From Macrostomum lignano (Eukaryota): DNA of 64,000 bases. This document shows positions 23,701 to 36,379 of the stretch, piece after piece. The notes under the pieces are model-generated. The model ran no database searches. It was not told where the DNA came from and saw only the letters and a program-made list of their open reading frames with translations. Positions within the stretch are counted from its first letter, which is position 1. Each line of letters begins with the position of its first letter. The position numbers were made by a program, and so were the translations under genes. Location: positions 1 to 64,000 of the forward strand of contig NIVC01003024.1 in the NCBI GenBank assembly GCA_002269645.1, in the 5' to 3' direction.

Positions 23701-26700
23701 TCTCACACCTGTAGTTTATTTGATTCAAAATCTCACACCTGTAGTTTATTTGATTCAAAATCTCACACCTGTAGTTTATTTGATTCAAAATCTCACACCT
23801 GTAGTTTATGTGATTCAAAATCTTACACCTGTAGTTTATTTGATTCAAAATCTCACACCAGTAGTTCATGTGATTCAAAATCTTACACCTGTAGTTTATT
23901 TGATTTAAAATCTCACACCTGTAGTTTATTTGATTCAAAATCTCACACCTGTAGTTTATTTGATTCAAAATCTCACACCTGTAGTTTATTTGATTCAAAA
24001 TCTCACACCTGTAGTTTATTTGATTCAAAATCTCACACCTGTAGTTTATTTGATTCAAAATCTCACACCTGTAGTTTATTTGATTTAAAATCTCACACCT
24101 GTAGTTTATTTGATTCAAAATCTCACACCTGTAGCTTATTTGATTCAAAATCTTACACCTGTAGTTTATTTGATTCAAAATCTCACACCTGTAGTTTATT
24201 TGATTCAAAATCTCACACCTGTAGTTTATTTGATTCAAAATCTCACACCTGTAGTTTATTTGATTCAAAATCTCACACCTGTAGTTTATTTGATTCAAAA
24301 TCTCACACCTGTAGTTTATTTGATTCAAAATCTCACACCTGTAGTTTATTTGATTCAAAATCTCACACCTGTAGTTTATTTGATTCAAAATCTCACACCA
24401 GTAGTTTATGTGATTCAAAATCTTACACCTGTAGTTTATTTGATTCAAAATCTCACACCTGTAGTTTATTTGATTCAAAATCTCACACCTGTAGTTTATT
24501 TGATTCAAAATCTCACACCTGTAGTTTATTTGATTCAAAATCTCACACCTGTAGTTTATTTGATTCAAAATCTCACACCTGTAGTTTATTTGATTCAAAA
24601 TCTCACACCTGTAGTTTATTTGATTTAAAATCTCACACCTGTAGTTTATTTGATTCAAAATCTCACACCTGTAGTTTATTTGATTCAAAATCTCACACCT
24701 GTAGCTTATTTGATTCAAAATCTCACACCTGTAGCTTATTTGATTCAAAATCTCACACCTGTAGTTTATTTGATTCAAAATCTCACACCTGTAGTTTATT
24801 TGATTCAAAATCTCACACCTGTAGTTTATTTGATTCAAAATCTCACACCTGTAGTTTATTTGATTCAAAATCTCACACCTGTAGTTTATTTGATTCAAAA
24901 TCTCACACCTGTAGTTTATTTGATTCAAAATCTCACACCTGTAGCTTATTTGATTCAAAATCTTACACCTGTAGTTTATTTGATTCAAAATCTCACACCT
25001 GTAGTTTATTTGATTCAAAATCTCACACCTGTAGTTTATTTGATTCAAAATCTCACACCTGTAGTTTATTTGATTTAAAATCTCACACCTGTAGTTTATT
25101 TGATTCAAAATCTCACACCTGTAGTTTATTTGATTCAAAATCTCACACCTGTAGTTTATTTGATTCAAAATCTCACACCTGTAGTTTATTTGATTCAAAA
25201 TCTCACACCTGTAGTTTATTTGATTCAAAATCTCACACCTGTAGTTTATTTGATTCAAAATCTCACACCTGTAGTTTATTTGATTCAAAATCTCACACCT
25301 GTAGTTTATTTGATTCAAAATCTCACACCTGTAGTTTATTTGATTCAAAATCTCACACCTGTAGTTTATTTGATTCAAAATCTCACACCTGTAGTTTATT
25401 TGATTCAAAATCTCACACCTGTAGTTTATTTGATTCAAAATCTCACACCTGTAGTTTATTTAATTCAAAATCTCACACCTGTAGCTTATTTGATTTAAAA
25501 TCTCACACCTGTAGTTTATTTGATTCAAAATCTCACACCTGTAGTTTATTTGATTCAAAATCTCACACCTGTAGTTTATTTGATTCAAAATCTCACACCT
25601 GTAGTTTATTTGATTCAAAATCTCACACCTGTAGCTTATTTGATTCAAAATCTCACACCTGTAGTTTATTTGAAATCTCACAAAAGCTCACACATCTCAA
25701 AATCTCACAAAACACACTCACCTGTACTTCTCCCCCAATGCCTCTATCTCGCAGGTGGCATCAAGGAGTCCGGACGCCTTATTCAGGTGCTTAATAAATT
25801 TTCTAAATCGCTTTGGCAACCGCAGCTTCAGCACCAGCATGAGCACCTGAAGAAAAGGACCCGTCACTTCGCTGTCAATCAGGGCTGCAATGTTGATGAA
25901 CAGGTGATCACTGGCAGATGAGCGATTTATAACAAAACCATTGTATTGCTATATTGTATTGCTGTCTTGCTACAATATTAATATTATATTTATTACGTCA
26001 CAACTTTAACATGTACTGATGTACATACTATCAAGCTTATGACTTGCAGTTATGTCGAAATTTGAATAACCCATTAATGACTCACTTCAGAGAATCAATG
26101 ACCCATTAATGACTCACTTCAGAGAATCAGTGACCCATTAATGACTCACTTCAGAGAATCAATGACCCATTAATGACTCACTTCAGAGAATCAATGACCC
26201 ATTAATGACTCACTTCAGAGAATCAATGACCCATTAATGACTCACTTCAGAGAATCAATGACCCATTAATGACTCACTTCAGAGAATCAATGACCCATTA
26301 ATGACTCACTTCAGAGAATAAATGACCCATTAATGACTCACTTTAGAGAATAAATGACCCATTAATGACTCACTTCAGAGAATAAATGACCCATTAATGA
26401 CTCACTTCAGAGAATCAATGACCCATTAATGACTCAATTTAGAGAACAAATGACCCATTAATGACTCACTTTAGAGAATAAATGACCCGTTAATGACTCA
26501 CTTTAGAGAATAAATGACCCATTAATGACTCACTTCAAAGAATCAATGATCCATTAAAAACTCATGACTCACTTCAGAGGGTCAATGACCCAATATTGAA
26601 AGATCATATCACGGCATGACTTGGCAATTTATGAACCAACAAGCCTCAACCCCCGCAACTCACACAGAACGTGCTTGTTCTCCAGGAACCGTGAGCACAA

Positions 26701-29384
26701 GCCATCCAATTCTTCAGTGAGCGAAATGCCATCGAATTCAAGAGGCGGATCGACCAGAACGGAACTGCTGGGATCGTAGGAGTCTGCAATGATGCGGGCG
26801 GATTAGCAGCTTATTGATATGGCAGGTGAAATCGGAATCTATTCATACTATTGTCAGTTTTCTGTGGTTACCCGCATTTGAACCACCCTACCCATTTCTC
26901 TACCCCATCACACCCTACCCATTTATCTACCCCTTTACACCCTACCCATTTATCTACCCCATCACACCCTACCCATTTATCTACCCCATCACACCCTACC
27001 CATTTATCTACCCCATCACACCCTACCCATTTATCTACCCCATCACACCCTACCCATTTATCTACCCCATCACACCCTACCCATTTCTCTACCCCATCAC
27101 ACCCTACCCATTTATCTACCCCTTTACACCCTACCCATTTATCTACCCCATCACACCCTACCCATTTATCTACCCCATCACACCCTACCCATTTATCTAC
27201 CCCATCACACCCTACCCATTTCTCTACCCCATCACACCCTACCCATTTATCTACCCCTTTACACCCTACCCATTTATCTACCCCATCACACCCTACCCAT
27301 TTATCTACCCCATCACACCCTACCCATTTATCTACCCCATCACACCCTACCCATTTATCTACCCCATCACACCCTACCCATTTATCTACCCCATCACACC
27401 CTACCCATTTATCTACCCCTTTACACCCTACCCATTTATCTACCCCATCACACCCTACCCATTTATCTACCCCATCACACCCTACCCATTTATCTAACCC
27501 ATCACACCCTACCCATTTCTCTACCCCATCACACCCTACCCATTTATCTACCCCATCACACCCTACCCATTTATCTACCCCTTTACACCCTACCCATTTA
27601 TCTACCCCATCACACCCTACCCATTTATCTACCCCATCACACCCTACCCATTTATCTACCCCATCACACCCTACCCATTTATCTACGCCTTTACACCCTA
27701 CCCACTTATCTACCCCATCACACCCTACCCATTTATCTACCCCATCACACCCTACCCATTTATCTACCCCATCACACCCTACCCATTTATCTACCCCATC
27801 ACACCCTACCCATTTATCTACCCCATCACACCCTACCCCATTTCTATCCTGATACACCCCAGTCCCCAGCCATCTCTACACGATTACACCATACCTATTG
27901 CCTACGCAATGGACACTTGTTTTTACAACAACCTTCCTACAACAAAGAGCTACATGAGTCACACACACACCGTGCTTGTTAAACGAAGAGCCAGATGGTG
28001 CAGTGGGGTTGGCAGAGACCAGCACCCCACCAATAAGCAGCAGGTAGCTGCGCAGAGTGTGACAAGCGTAGGGGTGCTCCAGGTACTCGGGGTAGTGCAG
28101 GCGCATGTGAGCAGCGAAGGTTCCCCACAGCCGGCTCGGGTCGGACTCGACTGATAACGGCTCGCCGTCCACTGCTCCGTCATCGTCTGCGCTGCCGGCG
28201 GCGTCCGCTTCACCCCTGCCTGGGGATTTTTGGTTGTTTGGTTGGGGCTCTGTTCAACTTTGGATCCCGACCGGGGATCTGGAGACGGCGGTGCTGGCCC
28301 AGCAACTGAGGATCTGGGAGACTGTTTGCCCAGCAACGGAGGATCTGGGAGGCTGGCCCAGCAACTGAGGATCTGGGAGGCTGGCCCAGAAACTGAGGAT
28401 CTGGGAGGCTGGCCCAGCAACTGAGGATCTGGGAGGCTGGCCCAGCAACTGAGGATCTGGGAGGCTGATGGCCCAGCAACTGAGGATCTGGAAGGCTGGC
28501 CCAGCAAAGGAGGATCTGGGAGGCTGGTGGCCCAGCAACTAAGGATCTGGGAGGCTGGTGGCCCAGCAACTGAGGATCTGGGAGGCTGATGGCCTAGCAA
28601 CTGAGGATCTGGAAGGCTGGCCCAGCAACGGAGGATCTGGGAGGCTGGCCCAGCAAAGGAGGATCTGGGAGGCTGGTGGCCCAGCAACTGAGGATCTGGA
28701 AGGCTGGCCCAGCAACTGAGGATCTGGGAGGCTGATGGCCCAGCAACTGAGGATCTGGAAGGCTGATGGCCCAGCAACTGAGGATCTGGAGGGCTGGCCC
28801 AGCAACTGAGGATCTGGAAGGCTGGCCCAGCAACTGAGGATCTGGGAAACTGTCAAATGCCACTCATTTGAGAATCCAGAAGGTTGACAGCTCAGTTAAA
28901 AGCTCACAAACCTTCAAGCCGCAGCGTCAGGTACCGCCTAATAGCGGTTTGCAGCACCCGGTGGGCAAACCTGTCGCCAACAACTGCAGGCCAGTTGGCG
29001 GCGAAGTTGTTGAGCAGGCGGGCCAGCCGGGGCCAGTCGGCCAGATTGATGAGGGACTCGGCAAGCCGAGAGCCAGTCTGGTTCTGAGCCAGCTGGCGGC
29101 CCTCCCTGGCCAGGCTATCAAATGCCGTGCTCAGAAGCTGCTCTGTTGGAAGTCGGCGAGTGGATAATCCATATCTAGCTAATCTCAGTAAAAATTCCAA
29201 ATCTCCAAACTTAGGAATAATTGAGTCTACTCATATTGATCTCACCATAATCGTCCGGATTTCCCCAACTAGGTGAGCGCATCTCGTCGAGATTGCGCAG
29301 AGTTTCTCTGTAATAAGCTAGCACATTGTGATCTAAGCGACCTTTGCGACCGCCAGATGATGATGAGGCCTGATCCCCGTGCAT
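18904..29384 (-). CDS. NOP9: Nucleolar protein 9 (Pumilio-repeat rRNA processing factor)
   Basis: Eight GT-AG exons in consistent phase: 29246-29384, 28935-29142, 27971-28215, 26666-26783, 25722-25910, 21931-22222, 20303-20686, 18904-19299. The exon-4 donor is inferred from phase. Motifs AQNQTGSRLAESL, GDRFAHRVLQT, LEHPYACHTLRS, LHPSANFVLQRL, RCPRGNRVFEA, SCDKHGSRVLDAFW and a basic C-terminal tail match NOP9. Confidence 0.9.
19640..20190. repeat. 19-21 bp minisatellite (gattctaagaatgagatacaa) in NOP9 last intron
   Basis: gattctaagaa core repeated throughout. Confidence 0.9.
20698..20940 (-). mobile_element. tRNA-derived SINE with a CORE/Meta-like central domain and (ATT)n tail
   Basis: Minus strand: A box gtagcctagtggctaa (about 20936), B box ggttcgattc (20890-20881), central tgtctttgagcaagacact...ctgtaaaatggg resembling the CORE domain, and a 3-prime (att)n tail at 20698-20737. 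Confidence 0.75.
20926..21345. repeat. 18-20 bp minisatellite (cactaggctacaacccc) built from the SINE 5-prime end
   Basis: The unit is continuous with, and identical to, the SINE A-box region. Confidence 0.9.
22270..25680. repeat. 30-bp minisatellite (gattcaaaatctcacacctgtagtttattt), about 110 copies, with a 276-bp higher-order repeat
   Basis: Exact 30-bp period from 23040 to 25670. The interruption agcttagcc recurs at 22471, 22747 and 23023 (276-bp spacing). Confidence 0.97.
26063..26575. repeat. 32-bp minisatellite (aatgacccattaatgactcacttcagagaatc), about 16 copies
   Basis: acccatta at 26101 and 26133. Confidence 0.95.
26880..27845. repeat. 27-bp minisatellite (cccatcacaccctacccatttatctac), about 36 copies
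   Basis: 9-aa period in the ORF track (PSHPTHLST). Confidence 0.95.
28285..28850. repeat. 28-32 bp minisatellite (ggatctgggaggctggcccagcaactga) in NOP9 intron 2
   Basis: Direct tandem copies with optional gatg/ggtg inserts. Confidence 0.9.
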
Positions 29385-30625
29385 TTCTATTCTGTGCGTT
29401 TCTGTGAGGCAGTCAGTGTTCAGTTTGACAGCTGCGGAGTACATAAATAATTTAGAACTGAAATTTTCACTTTACACTTACTACAATGGTTATAATGACA
29501 TTTATGGAGTATTTTTAGTAGTCTTTCGCAAGTTTAGTAACTATCTGCGATTGTTTTTTCAAATGCGTGGCTTATATAGGCCTATATGAACTTTACTAGC
29601 TAGGACAGCCTAGCAGAGCCTCGCTATCCAGCCCTTGGGTCTTTTGAAACTTTACAATAGCAACTATTGAGTCTCTTCTCAACGACCTCCTCTCTAATAT
29701 TTTCTCTTCTCTCCTCTTTTTTTCTCATTTCTCTGTCTTTTATCTCCCTTCTTTACTCTCTTCTCTAATTTCTTCACTTTTTCTTCTCTCTCTTTGCTCT
29801 CCTCCCTCCTTCCCTCTAGCATGCAGTCATATACATGTGCAGCACATGTAGTACTAGAGGGGCCTAGCTAAGGTCCAACCAAAAACTAACAGACATAGTA
29901 CTAATTAGATTTAGATGACAACAATTCATTTAGCTAGTCTTCTGCCGTAAGGAGGGTCCATGTACCGTAGCCATAGCCATAAGCAAAACTATGGCTTATT
30001 CCAATTCTCTGTATTCCATAGCCATAGGGACCCTAATATTACCATATTCCTGTAGTTCCTATAGCCATAGCCATAGTTTTAACAAAAAATCTAGAAAACA
30101 AAATATTTTGAATCAAGATAACCTGGTGCTTAAACAACTGCGAATTAAGTTAGAAAATAAAAGAAACACTTGATTGCCTTTGTAAGATTATATTTTGTCT
30201 TTTTACAAAGCAACAATACTTAATCACTACTGAAATTACTAATGCTGAACTTTTTCACATTAATAAAAATTATAGTTTGCTAATGTTTTATTGTACTTTA
30301 TTAGGTATATTCTACAAGTTTCTAAGTTGATAATACAGTTTACTAAAGCATCTTTGTTTTAGTCTACTTGTTTCTAATATTCTTTCAATTTTTTTAAATT
30401 AATAACTATGGCTATGAGAATCTACATAATATGATAGCTACCATATTTCCATATTTGTAGCTGTAAGAGCAGCTAGCTACATAGGTGTATCCATAGCTAC
30501 CGTAGGCACCTATTTACCATATTTGTTGTAGGATCCCATAGCCATAGCCATAGCTACAGCAAAATAGTACATTTAGCCATAATAATATATTAATTGTTAC
30601 TCCTGCCATATACCTACAATTCACC

Positions 30626-30823
30626 GGTGTGCACCGGTGTGATCTGTCAAATCTACATGGTGTGCTGAGTTGCTGAGTCTTGTTTATTTTGCTCAGCCCG
30701 GAGTCTCTCTCATCCTTGGTAGGACTGCTGACGAGGTGTGCACCGGTGTGATCTATCAAATCTACATGGTGTGCTGAGTTCCTGAGTCTTGTTTATTTTG
30801 CTCAGCCCAGAGTCTCTCTCATC
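30626..30823. repeat. Tandem duplication of an 89-bp block (period 109)
   Basis: ggtgtgcaccggtgtgatct...gagtctctctcatc at 30626-30714 and 30735-30823. Confidence 0.9.
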
Positions 30824-33800
30824 AAAGGACAAGATCTGCACAAGCTAAAGCTGGTGGCAGCATCTATTAACGCTACTAAGAGCATTTAGGAGGCTTCCTA
30901 GAAGAGTCAGCCAACAGCTTAAGCGACTGATTGGGAAGCAATCAACAGTCTGTACTTCACTAATGGCAGCAGTGGGATTCAAGACCTGCTAGGCCATCTC
31001 CAGACAACCCAAGACAAAAACCAGACAACTATTTTACTATTATTCCTTTGGACACAAATGGTTTTTTGCTATAGCCAATTTTGGCAAAGGATTTTATAGA
31101 TAAGAATAAACCACTTTAAAAAATAGAAAAAACCATTTTCATAAAGTTTAACTTTTTTAGGACTTATTATAAATTTTACTAGGCCCCCTAAGTCTAAAAA
31201 AACTAGGCCTACTAGATATTGCCTAATAATGCCAAACAACAAGTGGCAATATAGGCAATGCTTCTACCTTTTCTTTACTTTATTAAATTTTAAAGTAGGC
31301 CTAAGTATTGTTGATTTTTATAATGAATAGGCCTTAGTTTTTAATAAAATATTCCTAAATATATGTTTATATTTACAATGTCAAACACTAGTCAAGCTAC
31401 ACTTCTACATAATGTAGACAGCCTAGGTCTAGTTAGCCTAGTACTATACTATACTAGGTATCCAATCAATCTAGCCAGCAAAAATACAATCCAATGACTA
31501 ACAATCTATATCTAATGATAATCAAAATGACAACAGACAATCCAGCAACAAGGTATAGTAAAAAGCTATTAAGTTAGGCCCCTAGCTATTTGGTATTTTA
31601 ACAGATTAGAGAGCTTTTATTAGATTTATTATGAGTATAATAAGTTATTCTAGTTATTTAATTGTTATTCTAATTATTTTTCTATGTGCTATGCCTATTC
31701 TATTATTCTAATTAGTCTTTCTTTTGCTGTTACAATTATTGTTATTATGAATATTATTATTATTAGGCTACTATTATTATTATTAGTAGTAGTAGTAGAC
31801 CTATTATTTTTTTATTAATGGAATGTAAGCCCAATACAAAAATTGTTTTAATAATTAGAATTTAGTAGGTGCAAAATCTGAGGGTTTTAATAGCTTTTTT
31901 ATAATGATAATTGCTTTCAAAAAGGGGAAACTGCATTAAATTTATGCATTCTTTAATTTAATAAAGGGTTAGGCCCTAGAATAGGCTAGTTTTATATTCA
32001 GATACACTATTAGGCCTACATTAAAATGTTTGATGTGACCCTGAAATTATTTCAGACAGAAGTACAGATAGTCATAATGTACAATTTTTATTTGAAAAGA
32101 TGCTGTCCTAAAGTGAATTCTCTACTGTAAAATTAAAAACTACACGTGATGTAAAGTTGTATTCTTTTTGCATCTAAAATTCGTTAAATCTAGGCCTACA
32201 ATACAAAATCTGTCGCCGGATCGTCTGTCGCCACTTTGACTGCTGTCGCCAGATCGTATGTCGTGGACGTGTACTACTTAGGCCTTAGCTTGTAGTATAG
32301 TATCCGAACTGTAACAGCCAATTACGAAGTTGACAATGACAAAGATATACAAGGCTAGGCCTATAGTCGTTATATCGTAGACTCGTACTCACGGTCACGA
32401 GTCACTGTGACTGTGACCTAGTCTACATAAGCTCTACTGTACATCACAATTATATGCTCAGAATAAAGTCATACGAGAGATTACTGTTTAAAAAGGCTTA
32501 GCAAAAATTTAGCTTAAAATCCTTAGATATTTTTCCGACAAAATTTGAGACGATTGCTGAAGGCGGGAGGAGGGCGCCGCACACGCGCGCGCGGGCATGC
32601 AATTTTTTCCCCCAAAAGTGCTTAAATTGAGTTCGCGGACTGCTCTTTCTAAGAATAAAGTTAAGATAAAATTTACACTTTAATATAAAAAAGGCAAAAG
32701 GTAAAGTAAATAATCACTACCATCAGTACAATGCTTATCAATAAAATTTAAAACTTTAGTTAAACACTTTTATAAATCCTAACCTAAACCAAGTCATTAA
32801 AAATTTATATGGCTTGGGACAACGTCACAACTCTCATCCCTAAGACCCGGATTCAGCCAAGTGTCGAAAGTGACGTCAAGCATGTGCAAGCATTAATTGC
32901 TTGGGTCTCTACCTACGAGCTACTACTTGCAGGGCTACGTCTCAGAAGCTTGCATACGTACAGATAGTACATGTAAAAATAATAAAATCTAAAATCTTCA
33001 TTCTATACACTGCTGTATACAGTGCATGGTTAGATGTCAGCTTTATTCCAGCTGGCTCCTAGATTGGGTTTATTTTATTCTTCTCGATGCTTCGCACCTG
33101 CACGAAGTTGACGTGCTTGCTACATTTACCAGTTTCGATTGGTGCAAGCGCAGCTGTCGCCTTTTAGCTATTGGGCTGGACAGACCGCACGCGTACTACG
33201 CTAGACAGCCTCAGCGATTGTTCGTTTGCGGCTCAGCTGCCGCCAGGCCATGTGCGTGTCAGGCCATACAGTGAAATCAAACTCGCATGGTTTAGGCCGC
33301 AGCTGGCCTCATATATGGCTTTACCATGCATACATGGATTGATGACGAATTTTTCAAAGCCTTTTACAGTACATTAATTGCTTGCTGAGCTGCACCATTG
33401 TTCTGAGATCGCTGGACCGTTGGATGCGATTAAAAAGCATTTATCTGGGAAGATGAATATTCTGGTGACGATGCGGACGTACATGTATAGTGTGATTTGT
33501 TTAAATTGATAATTTCCGGTTTTTAGTCCATGCATTTTTCCTTTTCAGTTGTGTGTGCGTTCTTCGCAATTTTCCTTGTAGGCTTCTGTGAGTGCACCGC
33601 CGGCAGTAAATTAAAGGGCTAGCTATCGTCAACTCAAGTGTCAGAAACAACAACAACAACAAAAGATGCAATCTCAACCCCACTCGGGCCCCTAATTCTT
33701 CCTGCTGACTCGATTCTAACGCTTAAGCTGGTTTTCGCTATCAGCCAGTTGACAGTGCAGCTACAAAGCTGTATTTTTGTAAATTAAACCATACATTTAT

Positions 33801-35740
33801 ACTCTTGTTTTGAGGGTTGGCTGCTGTATGGACGCATTCAAATGCAGCGGGACCGTCGTGTAGATTGGGGATTAATGTGCATATTATATGACCCTGTAAA
33901 TAGAAATTGTCACAGAAGTAGTTTAATGCTCAAGTACATATAGAAGTATGCAGTGTGTACATATAGATGCACATTGGGGAAAATTATAGATAGGGGATTA
34001 ATTTATATATACAAGTAGACATAGTAGTAGACAATTTACATATACAATTGGGGATAGATAGGGATTAATGTACATATGCAAGTACATGGGATTAATGTAG
34101 TACATATACATATTGAAGTATGCTTATACATCACGCTTAGGATAGCATTTTCATATACTGCTACTAATTACTTCATTTTCAGATAGTAGTATAATTTGCG
34201 TTTTTGCGTCAAAACATCTGAAAACCCAGCTCTAACTACGCGGTATGTAGTAATAATCTTTAGCCATAACTCTTCACTCTCCTTACTGGGGCCTGGAGCC
34301 AGGCTAAAATTGCATCAACCCATTCACGTACATGTACAGTTGAGACGTGCTTGAACATGCTGCAGAATGTAGCTTTTCTATCTAAACTGCATCATGCATC
34401 ATGCAGTGTGAGTTTGTTTGTCATTTGAAATTCGAAAAGCACTTGATGTACTCTAGGTGATGGCTATAAAATGCGTCACAAGTAAATTGATTTTTTAATG
34501 GATAGAGAAAATTAGCAAAAGTTTTTAGAAAATAGAAAAAATTAATTTTGATTATTTCACCATCTTCAAGAGATACAGATTCAATTATTGAATTCACTCT
34601 GGCTGATTGCGTGACAATAAACGTTTTAGTTGAAGAAGAATTATTACAGTTTTTGCAGTTTTTTTTAGAAAAGCTTTTGTGTTGCTCAGTTGCTCAATGA
34701 GCCATAATCACACAGTTATATTTTATTCCCCGTAATTCTTACGAATTCAGGAACATCTCTCATTTCAAGTGCCATTTCCTATCGAGCAAGGGACAGAGAG
34801 GAAGGAGATCAGCGGTAAAAACGTCCGACTTCCGACCACTTCCGGCCGACGACATTCATTTTGGGCTTTGTGTGAGAAACTTGGCTCTGAGGGGGTTGTT
34901 GGGCGATGCATGCACCCATGATGGCCAAGGCGCAGTGAGTCTACATGCGCCTGGGTGATTCGAAAGCGTGTGGTATGAGTGCTCCCACAGGCTTCCTGGA
35001 AATGATACTAATAATACAAAGCAAAACTAAAAGTATCCTAAACAAACCTCAAGACTTCAAAAGAGCGCCCGAAAGACTTGGTCAAGAGCAAACACACGTC
35101 GAAATACGTCGTAGAAACATTATTATGTCGAAAAATCCTAGAAACCTTGAATCATTTGTTAAGATCAAAGCTTAAAAAATCCCAACTTTTTCCGAACTGG
35201 GGGGGGGGATGTATTTCCGTATTCCTCCCAGCTACCCCAATGCTTCAAGTCATCAAACACTGTTCTCTCGGTAATTGGTTTCAACTCGTTATCGTGGTGG
35301 TAGGGGGGCAATAGCTTGAATTAGAAAGGTGGAGGAAGGCTTTTACCAGGGATTTGAAATCAGGCTTTTACCAGAGGATCCCTCTGAAAGAATTGCCTTT
35401 TCCTTTTGTTTGCTTTTCGGTTGCTTTAGCGACAAATTGAAATAAGCTGGCTGCTTCTAGCTTATTGTCAGGCTCGTATTTATGCCTGACAATCGCGCAC
35501 GGAATCGGTGATTGATCTCCTGATCGTACAACTCATACGAGACACATCTGGGGGTATGTTACTATTATCTTGTATTACTAATGTTACTATACTAGTATCT
35601 ATGTATCTATCTATCTATCTATCTTTTTATTTACAATATACCCTGACGAAGACCCTGTTCGGGTCGAAAATTTGGTTCCTTTCTTTGAATTAAAGAAATT
35701 GTGAATTTGCTTCAACTGTATGCGTGGTTTCATTTCGCAA

Positions 35741-36365
<625 letters not shown>

Positions 36366-36379
36366 CGCTCCTTACAGTC

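Noticed and set aside
21854-25794. Very long ORFs (1194 aa and 1176 aa) and many ILNQINYRCE/IQNLTPVVYL ORFs
   Set aside because: Artefacts of a stop-free 30-bp intronic repeat; only the ends overlap real NOP9 exons.
26814-28863. PSHPTHLST, DKWVGCDGV and SQILSCWAS repeat ORFs
   Set aside because: Translations of 27-bp and 28-32-bp intronic minisatellites.
33026-33700. Possible small spliced membrane-protein gene (YINCLLSCTIVLRSLDRW; VCAFFAIFLVGF between splice-like sites)
   Set aside because: No consistent stop-free exon chain could be built; may be a decayed gene but cannot be supported.
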